The notes under the pieces are model-generated. The model was not told the origin of the DNA. It did no database searches and saw nothing but the letters and a program-made list of their open reading frames with translations. The translations under genes and the position numbers were made by a program. Below are positions 27,868-36,091 of a DNA stretch of 64,000 nucleotides, piece by piece; positions within the stretch are counted from its first letter, which is position 1; each line of letters starts with the position of its first letter. The DNA comes from Clostridiales bacterium (GTDB taxonomy: Bacteria; Bacillota; Clostridia; Christensenellales; CAG-314): assembly GCA_022508345.1 (NCBI GenBank), contig JAFLVK010000001.1:292371-356370 (forward strand), in the 5' to 3' direction.

Positions 27868-29307
27868 TCAGTATGCTCTTGCAACCAGCGTAACTACCAG
27901 ATTGTCGCTCTTTTTGCCGTCCACTGTGCAAACATCTTGGAAGGGCTTTTCCTCCTCCAGCATGACGCGCACGGTTGCTTGGAACTTCTCCTTGATTAGC
28001 GCTTCGCAAGCGGGGTCTTGGTCCCACATGATCTTGGCAAAGCACTTGCTGTCCAGAATTTCACCCAGCTCTTGCATGTTGTGCGCCACCTTGACGTGGC
28101 TGTCGCGGAAAGCAAGGCTTTTTTCGTACATGTTGCTTTGAATTGTGCTCAGCATCTTCTTTACCTGCTTTGCAATGCCGTCAAGGGTCATTGTGAACTT
28201 TTCGCAGGTGTCGCGGCGAGACACTGTTGCAACACCCTGTTCGATGTCGCGAGGACCGATTTCAAGGCGCAGAGGCACGCCCTTCATTTCCCACTCGTTG
28301 AACTTCCAACCGGGTGATTGGTCGCGCGTGTCCAATTCAACACGCAACCCTGCCTTTTTGAGCAGTTTTGCAACTTCCGTTGCTTTGTCCGTTACGCCCT
28401 CCTTGTGAGCGGCAACGGGAATGATAACAACCTGAATGGGTGCAACCTTGGGCGGCAACACAAGGCCGCGTTGGTCGCCGTGCGCCATAATCAGACCGCC
28501 GATAAGGCGTGTGGATACGCCCCAGCTGGACTGCCACACATACTTGTGCGTGCTGTCCTTGTCCAGGAACTGAATGTCGTAGGCCTTGCTGAACTTTTGC
28601 CCGAAGTGGTGAGTTGTGCCTGCCTGCAAGCTTTTGCCGTCCAGCATCATTGCTTCCATGCCGTAGGTAGCTTCCGCACCGGCGAACTTCTCCTTTTCGC
28701 TCTTTCTGCCGATAAAGGTGGGCATTGCAAGTACGTCTCGCGCAAAGTCGTGATACAGCTTGAGCATGTCGATTGTTTCCGCCATGGATTCCTCACGCGT
28801 GGCATGGATTGTGTGACCCTCCTGCCACAGAAATTCCGACGTTCTTAGGAAAGGGCGCGTTGTCTTTTCCCAACGGACGACGTTTGCCCACTGATTGAGC
28901 TTCAAGGGAAGGTCGCGGTAGCTGTTTATCCACTTGGAATACATGTTGCAAATTATCGTCTCACTGGTGGGACGTATAACGATGGGTTCGGCAAGCTTTT
29001 CACCGCCGGCAACGTCTACAACAGCAACCTCGGGAGCAAAGCCCTCCACGTGCTCCGCTTCCTTTTGAAGTAGACTTTGCGGAATGAGCATGGGGAAATA
29101 AGCGTTTTGGTGTCCTGTTGCCTTAAAACGCGCGTCAAGCTCCTTTTGGATGTTTTCCCAAATTGCGTAGCCGTATGGGCGAATAACCATTGTGCCCTTG
29201 ACGGGACCGTAGTCTACAAGCTGAGTTTTCAGCACTACGTCTGTGTACCATTGGGGAAAATCAAGTGTTATGTCTGCAATTTCCTTTACAAACTGTTTGT
29301 CTGCCAT
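27868..29307 (-). CDS. proS: Prolyl-tRNA synthetase (archaeal/eukaryote-like type, no editing insertion)
   Basis: 479 aa. Class II motifs, WYTDVVLKTQLVDYGPVKG N-terminus and C-terminal zinc-type domain. Confidence 0.95.
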   Translation of the reverse strand: MADKQFVKEIADITLDFPQWYTDVVLKTQLVDYGPVKGTMVIRPYGYAIWENIQKELDARFKATGHQNAYFPMLIPQSLLQKEAEHVEGFAPEVAVVDVAGGEKLAEPIVIRPTSETIICNMYSKWINSYRDLPLKLNQWANVVRWEKTTRPFLRTSEFLWQEGHTIHATREESMAETIDMLKLYHDFARDVLAMPTFIGRKSEKEKFAGAEATYGMEAMMLDGKSLQAGTTHHFGQKFSKAYDIQFLDKDSTHKYVWQSSWGVSTRLIGGLIMAHGDQRGLVLPPKVAPIQVVIIPVAAHKEGVTDKATEVAKLLKKAGLRVELDTRDQSPGWKFNEWEMKGVPLRLEIGPRDIEQGVATVSRRDTCEKFTMTLDGIAKQVKKMLSTIQSNMYEKSLAFRDSHVKVAHNMQELGEILDSKCFAKIMWDQDPACEALIKEKFQATVRVMLEEEKPFQDVCTVDGKKSDNLVVTLVARAY

Positions 29308-29345
29308 CGTAAATACTCCTTTTTTCCAGTATAATTGAAGTTTAT

Positions 29346-29921
29346 TTAGTTGTCAAATGATATGCGAAGCTTTGCCCTGCGGTTGAGTACAACCAGTGGC
29401 AAAAACGCCACCGCAAACAGTACAACATTGCACACTATCTGTGTGATGTAGAAGCTGCCTCCGCTAACGTACATCACGGCAAAGCGGTGGAAGTAGTTGT
29501 CCAAGTCAACAAAGAAGCCCTTGCCTGTGTAGCCCACAAGCGTATCCACGGCGGACGTTACCACGCCGAACAATGTTGTGAGCACTGCCGCGGTGAGCGT
29601 GGCTACTGTTATCTCCACGCCCTTGTGCTTGAAGCAAGCTTTGCCCAGCAGCCAAAAGGCAAGCGCAACCGTGTTCCAGTGAATGAGGTAGGATATAACC
29701 CAAGTGTTTACACCCCATATAGCCACGTCCACTACAATAAATACGTTGACGGCAGGGAACACCACCACAGCCCCCCACACATATGCGCACAAGGCTATCA
29801 GTAGCGTTACCACTTCGATGTTGGGCAGTACCGCAAGCGCTTGCTTTCCGCCGACAATGAGAGCAGCGTACATTGCGCTAACGGCAATGAGCAAAGCGTT
29901 GTATTTAGTTTTTTGTTTCAT
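29346..29921 (-). CDS. Small polytopic membrane protein, ECF S-component-like (CbrT-like candidate)
   Basis: 191 aa, about 6 TM. 1-nt overlap (TAATG) with the upstream DUF4430 gene. Lies downstream of a cobalamin riboswitch. Confidence 0.45.
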   Translation of the reverse strand: MKQKTKYNALLIAVSAMYAALIVGGKQALAVLPNIEVVTLLIALCAYVWGAVVVFPAVNVFIVVDVAIWGVNTWVISYLIHWNTVALAFWLLGKACFKHKGVEITVATLTAAVLTTLFGVVTSAVDTLVGYTGKGFFVDLDNYFHRFAVMYVSGGSFYITQIVCNVVLFAVAFLPLVVLNRRAKLRISFDN

Positions 29922-30430
29922 TACCAGGTTTGAATTTCGAAGTAAATGATTGCGCCGTTTTCAACGGACATTCCGCTAACGCCGTACTGTGAGTAACCTA
30001 CGGTAACGTCGCCAATCAAATAAGCGGTTGCACTAGCACCCACGCCTTGGTCCTTTTCCACACTGGTGTAAACAGCTACGTATTCGTGTGCGTCAGCGTT
30101 CGGCTGAAGTCCGCCGATGTCGTTGAGCCACTTGCCCGTGTCGCTGTCCGTCCAATCGACAGTTAGCATATCCTGTTGTACAAGGTAGCTGATTACTCCC
30201 TCCACCGTGGTCGCATCCGTGCCGCTACCACCCAGCGTAACTATGTGCGCCGTGTAGGTGTTGTTTCTGTTTTTGATTATGACAGCCATTTGATTGTCCT
30301 TCATTTCGGGAAGCGTTAACTCGGTTAACTCCACCGTCTGAGGCTTGTCAACACATGCGACAAGAGCAACAGTTGAAACAACCAACACAGCTACCAAAAT
30401 CCACGTCAGTAGTCTTTTTGTGTTTTTCAT
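29921..30430 (-). CDS. DUF4430-type lipoprotein (transcobalamin beta-domain-like)
   Basis: Lipobox ALVAC. GVISYLVQQDMLTVDWTDSDTGKWLNDIGGL resembles DUF4430. Confidence 0.65.
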   Translation of the reverse strand: MKNTKRLLTWILVAVLVVSTVALVACVDKPQTVELTELTLPEMKDNQMAVIIKNRNNTYTAHIVTLGGSGTDATTVEGVISYLVQQDMLTVDWTDSDTGKWLNDIGGLQPNADAHEYVAVYTSVEKDQGVGASATAYLIGDVTVGYSQYGVSGMSVENGAIIYFEIQTW

Positions 30431-30490
30431 GTTTTGTCTCCTTTTGTTTTTTTAACTGCAACACAACTTAACAAAAGCAAAATCACTCTT

Positions 30491-30619
30491 GTTTGAGACG
30501 ATTAGAAACGAGATAGGCGCGACGCGCAAGGCTTTTGCGAGGGAGTGTACTAAAGCGTACATGACCGAGCAAAATACGAAGCGCAACAAAGCATATCGAT
30601 GTTTATAACCGTCTCAAAC
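30491..30619. repeat. Structured repeat, copy B (inside the riboswitch leader)
   Basis: Perfect arms GTTTGAGACG / CGTCTCAAAC. Internal blocks TTAGA, GGAGTGTACTA, GCGTACATGAC and AACAAAGCAT. Confidence 0.8.
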
Positions 30620-30750
30620 GGTTGGGCGTTCGGACTTGTTCCTCACCTTGGCAACAGGCAAGGCTTTACCGTAGCGGGACTGTCAATGAATTTCACATTG
30701 TTTCCCCGTAAATGCGCACTGCTTGCGCAACCCGTAGTTATATGCGGTTG
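30618..30750 (-). promoter_or_regulatory. Cobalamin (B12) riboswitch aptamer
   Basis: The minus strand reads GGGGAAACAAUGUGAAAUUCAUUGACAGUCCCGCUACGGUAAAG (conserved core) and AAGUCCGAACGCCC (B12-box-like). Confidence 0.75.
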
Positions 30751-30757
30751 TGAATAT

Positions 30758-30786
30758 ATTTTACAACAGAATCTTGTTGTTGACAA
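30758..30786 (-). promoter_or_regulatory. Promoter of the riboswitch-controlled operon
   Basis: TTGTCA, 17-nt spacer, TAAAAT on the minus strand. Confidence 0.5.
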
Positions 30787-30812
30787 CAAAAAACCCCGCA
30801 CTGAATGCGGGG
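30787..30812 (-). terminator. Terminator after the DUF5050-like lipoprotein gene
   Basis: ccccgca-N5-tgcgggg with a U-run on the minus strand. Confidence 0.8.
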
Positions 30813-30830
30813 TTTAATAGTTGCAAATTG

Positions 30831-32354
30831 TTAGTCCTCGTCGGGAGCAGCTGTCAACGTCAACGAAACGGAAACTGTGCTTGCCTTGAGATCTTCTGCA
30901 TCGAACTTGGTGATAGTAACCGAGTCCGTACCTGCAGTGATAATGTAATGAATTACACCGTCTTCTGTAACAATATTGAGGAAATCGGGAGCTGCCCAAC
31001 CTGTTGTTGAACCGATGTTCTTGCCGCGCGCTTCACCCTCGAGGTACTCGCCTTCTGCTAATTTCTCAGCCTTGGTAAGGTCAAGCACGTAGGAAATGCC
31101 GTCTGCTGTGTAGTACAGGTTGTCGCCTTCAATCTTGTTGATAGTTATGCTACTGTCGTTTTCGCCGTACTCAAGTATGGGCTTGGATTCGTACGTTTTG
31201 CCGTCAACAATGCAGATTGAATAGAATGTTTTGTTTCCTGATTTGTAGGAATCGGTAACAATCAATTTGTCCTCTTTCCATGCGTTTACGCTTACGCTGT
31301 TGGTGGGAAGAGCCGTGAAACGATTGTTTTCAGCATCTGTAGCCCAGTACAGCACTACGTTATCAGGAGTAACACCCGTTGCCATTGTGTAGTAAACCAT
31401 GCCATTGTTTACAAACTTGATTGTGTAGGTTGTGTCGCCTGCTTCAATCTGTTTTTCGCCGTCATGGTCGTGAACACTGTAGTCGGTGTTCTTTACAATT
31501 TCCTGGTATTTGGTTTCGCCAACAACCAGCTTGCAAACAGAACCGAACTTGTCAAGGAAGTAAACAGCCTCGCTACCCTTGGTTGTGTCCCAGTTTACAC
31601 TGCTTACTGTGTTTTTAATCTCGGGATTGGGGTCGTTTTCCAATGAAACAATTGTATCCTTGCCACTTTCAACGTCCAAGGTGTGCAAGATGCTGTCCAT
31701 CACGTAGGTTGCAATGACCTTGTTGTTTTTGTTAGTGAGCCAAATTTGAGCGCTGTTGCTGGTGAACGTGTAGTGAGATTGAGGGTCGCTACCGTCCAGC
31801 TTGAAGCTCATGAGCACCAGTTGATTGGTCAAAGGATCGCCGTTAGGTGTCAGCTCGTCGCTGGGGGTTGTAACGTAAATACGCTTGTTAAAGATGTAAA
31901 TACCGGTAAATTGCGTTGTTGTAGCGTTGCCCGAATAGTAAATCTTGGGAATTACCGTTTCAGCTCCAACGATTGCCAAATCTTCCTTTTCGTCGCCACG
32001 AACTGCAGAAGCAATTTTCTTGCTCTTGTCAGTTGAGGACAGATCCTTGTCGTCGTTGATTTCAAACAGCTTTTCAATATCCGACAGCCTGATACGAACT
32101 ACCGAACCGATACGGGGTGCATCCTTAACGTCATCGGTGTAGGTGTTGTCGGCAGAAACATTGGATGTGTAGCCGTTGACATAATACAGCCATTCGCCAT
32201 ATCTAACTGCAATACCGCCATTGCTGTCTACATCGCCGTCAGCAGGGGGCTCGACAGGCGTAAATACAGCCTTACCGCATGCCGCAAAAACCACTGCCAA
32301 GCACATGAGCATTGCAACAAGCAGAATAATAAATTTTTTCACAGATTTAGTCAT
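30831..32354 (-). CDS. Lipoprotein, DUF5050/beta-propeller-like
   Basis: Lipobox VVFAAC. Recurrent motifs of the WLYYVNG / NLYYTADG / MVYYTMA type. Confidence 0.6.
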   Translation of the reverse strand: MTKSVKKFIILLVAMLMCLAVVFAACGKAVFTPVEPPADGDVDSNGGIAVRYGEWLYYVNGYTSNVSADNTYTDDVKDAPRIGSVVRIRLSDIEKLFEINDDKDLSSTDKSKKIASAVRGDEKEDLAIVGAETVIPKIYYSGNATTTQFTGIYIFNKRIYVTTPSDELTPNGDPLTNQLVLMSFKLDGSDPQSHYTFTSNSAQIWLTNKNNKVIATYVMDSILHTLDVESGKDTIVSLENDPNPEIKNTVSSVNWDTTKGSEAVYFLDKFGSVCKLVVGETKYQEIVKNTDYSVHDHDGEKQIEAGDTTYTIKFVNNGMVYYTMATGVTPDNVVLYWATDAENNRFTALPTNSVSVNAWKEDKLIVTDSYKSGNKTFYSICIVDGKTYESKPILEYGENDSSITINKIEGDNLYYTADGISYVLDLTKAEKLAEGEYLEGEARGKNIGSTTGWAAPDFLNIVTEDGVIHYIITAGTDSVTITKFDAEDLKASTVSVSLTLTAAPDED

Positions 32355-32475
32355 TATATATACTACTCCTTATGTAGATACTACATACGGACTTTATTAT
32401 ATCCTATAATTCCTAAAAAAGCAACAATTTTGCGGTAATCTGTTGTTGCGCACTGTACAAAAATCAAGAAATAAA

Positions 32476-33330
32476 TTAAACAAGGTCATTTAATGCCGAT
32501 ATTTGCCCTGTCGTTGCGTCCTGAAACAACATCCAAAATGACACGGGAGAATTGTCGACGTAGACGAAATCCTTGTCGGAAATTGACTCTTTTTCGGCGG
32601 GCAAGCCGTAGCATATGTAGCGAATTTGCCCCTTGCTTTGCAACACGCCCAGTACAAAGTACTTGTCCGACGACGGGAAATCGATGCGTACGAAAAAGGA
32701 CTCGTTGTACTTGCGTATCAGGGGAAAATAGGGCGGGAACTGCACAAACACACGGCTGATTTCCGTCTTGACACTCTCGTAGTAATCGGCACTGCCACCC
32801 GCGGCGTAGAACCGCTCGAAGGCGTTGCTGTACTCGGACACGCTCTTGTAGCGTTCGTCCGCCTGCACCTTTAGCTTGTGGACGTCCATTCCGTCGTAGA
32901 AATTTTCGGTGGAGGCAACAAACTGCTCGTAGGCGCTGGAGTCCGATTCGAATGTGGCGGACTTCACCAACGCTTCCATTTGACGGGACAAGATGTCGCA
33001 CACGTTTTCGCCGATGTAGGCGCGCGCGGCTTCGTAGCACCTGTCCTCGCGCTTGATTAGCAAGCAGCTCACCCTGTCCAGGCTTTGCTGCGGCAAGCTG
33101 AACAAACCGTTGTTGAGCGTATCAAGCTTTCGCGCATAATAGTTGCGACCAAAGCCAAGTACCACCCACCACTCGCCCAGCATTTGAATATCTGCATTGG
33201 TGACAAACACCGTGACGTCAGTTGTTTCGGTGCTGTTGTTGATAAGCTTGACCAAACCGCACAGTTCCTTGTTGCGCTCGGCAAAGCGATGGTTAGTTTG
33301 CTGTAATATCAAAATACGCTTGCAGTACAT
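32476..33330 (-). CDS. Conserved hypothetical protein
   Basis: 284 aa. C-terminus KYFVLGVLQSKGQIRYICYGLP ... FWMLFQDATTGQI resembles an uncharacterised Clostridia family I have seen before. No assignable function. Confidence 0.45.
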   Translation of the reverse strand: MYCKRILILQQTNHRFAERNKELCGLVKLINNSTETTDVTVFVTNADIQMLGEWWVVLGFGRNYYARKLDTLNNGLFSLPQQSLDRVSCLLIKREDRCYEAARAYIGENVCDILSRQMEALVKSATFESDSSAYEQFVASTENFYDGMDVHKLKVQADERYKSVSEYSNAFERFYAAGGSADYYESVKTEISRVFVQFPPYFPLIRKYNESFFVRIDFPSSDKYFVLGVLQSKGQIRYICYGLPAEKESISDKDFVYVDNSPVSFWMLFQDATTGQISALNDLV

Positions 33331-33449
33331 ACGTCATCTCCCTTTTGGGAAATTGTAACGCACTTGCAAGCGTGTATAAGTAGTTTATATGTAAAATTTT
33401 GTCACTATATGGGGCAATCAAGTAAAAACAGGCAGCTCACCCTATTTAC

Positions 33450-34298
33450 CTATTCGCCACTGTGGCGAGCAGCGTTGTAGCTGTGTTCAGATAGCTTTTT
33501 AAAGCGTTGCTTTGCCTTGATTTTTTGGAAGATTGCCTTCATGGCAATGTCCATTTCGGAGTCCTCGGTGTAGTCGCTGTGGACATAGAAGTCTACGCGG
33601 TCCTCATTGACAAGGTAGGTTGCATCCTCCGGGTTGCGGTAAACACCAATTGCGTAGCCACCGCGCGTACGGGTCAACTTCATGCTGGGTACGTCGGTCA
33701 GTCCGTCGCCGATGTATATCATGTTTTCAAAGGGAACTGCGCGTTCGCTTTGAGGCATGTACATGTTCAGGCGCTTGTGTTCGCCGGCATCCTCTACGCC
33801 CTTGTTGATACGGTACAGGAATTGTGTTTTGCTGGTGTAGTTGATTGCCACCGACGGCCACACTATTTTCCCCTTGCTGTCGTAAAGGTAGTCGCACGCA
33901 AACACGTTGTAAAATTCGTGTCCGATTGGGCAGCCCTCAATCATGTGCTTGAGTCCGCAGGAAATGATGTAGTGACGCACTTCAAAGCCAAGCCGCGCGC
34001 CGTATTTGTTGATACGTTGAAACCATGTTTCCACACCGTCGAAAAATTCAACATCCTTGCCCATTGCACGCAGAGATTCGCGCGACAAGTCGATGCCCTT
34101 TTCCTTGGCTTTTTGCGCCATGAGGTACATGTATGCCAGGATGTGATCCATGCTGTTTTCACGGGCAAGCTCGTCGCACTTTGCCCAGAACTCCGTTGAC
34201 GACATGCCAAGTGCGGGAATGAATGTAAATTCCTGCATGTCGTGGGTGGACAGGGTGTTGTCGAAGTCGTAAATGAGAGCAATTATCGGTTTGTTCAT
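33450..34298 (-). CDS. HAD-superfamily hydrolase
   Basis: Motif I IYDFDNTLS and motif IV YIGDGLTDVP. Confidence 0.75.
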   Translation of the reverse strand: MNKPIIALIYDFDNTLSTHDMQEFTFIPALGMSSTEFWAKCDELARENSMDHILAYMYLMAQKAKEKGIDLSRESLRAMGKDVEFFDGVETWFQRINKYGARLGFEVRHYIISCGLKHMIEGCPIGHEFYNVFACDYLYDSKGKIVWPSVAINYTSKTQFLYRINKGVEDAGEHKRLNMYMPQSERAVPFENMIYIGDGLTDVPSMKLTRTRGGYAIGVYRNPEDATYLVNEDRVDFYVHSDYTEDSEMDIAMKAIFQKIKAKQRFKKLSEHSYNAARHSGE

Positions 34299-34314
34299 AA
34301 TATCACCTTATTTA

Positions 34315-35868
34315 TTATTTGAGTTTGAAGATTACTGCCGTTTGCGGGGCAAGTATCGTTGTGTTGCCGTCAGTTGTTGCTTTGCCAATTTCCAGCAGCT
34401 TGTCGCCCATTGTCAAAGGCAGCGTGCGCTGTTCGTCGGTGGGGTTGAATACCACACCAATATTGCCACCGCGTTGATAGCACAGCACGCTGTCACTTGA
34501 ACAGTGCAGCACCTTTAATTGAGCGTCGGACTGCAAATCGACGTGCGATTGACGGATGCCGTTGAGGGTGCGCACCAAGTTCCACAGTGAGGACGGGTCC
34601 TCCATTTGTTGCTTGGCACAGGGTGCATCGTCCAAGCGGTCTACGTCAAGGTACAGCTTGCGCCTTTCCGCAGTTGAGAAGCCCAGGTTTTGTTGAGTTT
34701 TGTCCCATTGCATGGGCGTACGCGTGCCTGTACGGTGGAAGCCACCCTCCTTGCTGGGTTGCGGAATGTAGCGCATTGCTATTTCGTCGCCGTAGTAGAA
34801 GAACGGAACACCGGGTAACGTCAGCAACAAGGTGTACGCCAAGCGCAGCTCGCTTTCGTCAAGCGTATAGGAAATGCGCTCCGTGTCGTGGTTGCCGCTT
34901 ATTAAGGATATGTAGCCGTTGCCTTCCGTTTGCTTTAGCTCGTCCAGATATTTTTCCAGCATGTCCTTGGCGGACACGTGTGAAGTTTTGCAAAAGTAGC
35001 TTTTGTTTACGCCCTTGTCGTCTACGTAGCGGAAAGCATAATGACCCAGCTTGTACCAGTGGTTAAGGATAAAGTCGCAGTGGAAGCCCGCCTTGTTGAT
35101 GGAACGGGGCGCGTTGCACCACTCGGAAACAATAACTGCTTCGGGATACTCCTCATCCAACATTGTGCGTACCTTGCGCCACAGTGACGCAGTTGCCGTC
35201 TTGTCCTCGTCGTTTTTTACAAGGCTGTCCGCCATATCCACGCGGAAGCCGTCCACACCGCGGTCAAGCCAGTAGCGCATGACATTCATCATTTCGTTGA
35301 GGGTGCCCTGTACGCGCTCGTCTGTGTACGACATTTGCCACGATGCATCGGTTATCTCATTGAAGCCGTAGTTCAGCGCAGGCTGACTGTTAAAGAAATT
35401 GAGCATGTAACAGCCGTCGCGATCTGCTCCTCCTGCTACCCAGCTGTAACCCTGGGGTCTATCCCAAACGCACTTTGACCAAATGTAGCGGTCGCTATAG
35501 ACATTGCGCGTTGGCTTGCAGCTTTGACGGAACCACTTGCATTTGTCCGACGTGTGCCCGGGCACAAGGTCCAGTATCACGTGCATGTCGCGAGCGTGCG
35601 CCTCGGATACAAGGCGGTACATGTCTTCGTTTGTGCCGTAACGCGGTGCGATTTTGTAGTAGTCTGCCACGTCGTAGCCTGCGTCCTTAAAGGGAGAAAC
35701 AAAGCATGGGTTCAACCAAAGCGCGTTGAAGCCCAGCTGCTTGACGTAATCAAGCTTAGCGGTTATACCGTTGAGGTCGCCGATACCGTCACCGTTAGTG
35801 TCGTAAAAGCTTTGCGGATATATTTCGTAAAATCTAGCGTTAGACAGCCATTTGGGCATATTTGACAT
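34315..35868 (-). CDS. GH13 alpha-glucosidase / oligo-1,6-glucosidase-like
   Basis: FYEIYPQSFYDTNGDGIGDLNG, GFRVDMA, and HVILDLVPGHTS. Start at MSNMPKW follows GGGGAG. Confidence 0.85.
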   Translation of the reverse strand: MSNMPKWLSNARFYEIYPQSFYDTNGDGIGDLNGITAKLDYVKQLGFNALWLNPCFVSPFKDAGYDVADYYKIAPRYGTNEDMYRLVSEAHARDMHVILDLVPGHTSDKCKWFRQSCKPTRNVYSDRYIWSKCVWDRPQGYSWVAGGADRDGCYMLNFFNSQPALNYGFNEITDASWQMSYTDERVQGTLNEMMNVMRYWLDRGVDGFRVDMADSLVKNDEDKTATASLWRKVRTMLDEEYPEAVIVSEWCNAPRSINKAGFHCDFILNHWYKLGHYAFRYVDDKGVNKSYFCKTSHVSAKDMLEKYLDELKQTEGNGYISLISGNHDTERISYTLDESELRLAYTLLLTLPGVPFFYYGDEIAMRYIPQPSKEGGFHRTGTRTPMQWDKTQQNLGFSTAERRKLYLDVDRLDDAPCAKQQMEDPSSLWNLVRTLNGIRQSHVDLQSDAQLKVLHCSSDSVLCYQRGGNIGVVFNPTDEQRTLPLTMGDKLLEIGKATTDGNTTILAPQTAVIFKLK

Positions 35869-36091
35869 AAATAAAACTCCCCACACGCAGCGTTAACTTG
35901 TAAAAAATCCTAGCTGCGCAAGTAAATATATTTAATGTAATATTACTATATAAAGACAATTTTATCAATGCGATTTTGTAAATTTATACTACAAATCTAC
36001 AAAAAAACTCCAAAAAACACACTTTTAGTGCCTATTTATACACTTAAACGGCAGGAGATTGACCCCTGCCGTTTGTTTGGTATTTCATTGT

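Noticed and set aside
29308-29345. A T-box leader upstream of proS.
   Set aside because: Only 38 nt separate proS from the upstream gene, which leaves no room for a T-box and no T-box sequence is visible.
30491-30619. Whether the repeat is a simple intrinsic terminator.
   Set aside because: On neither strand is the closing helix of any of the three copies followed directly by a U-tract. A non-canonical termination role remains possible and is raised in the findings.
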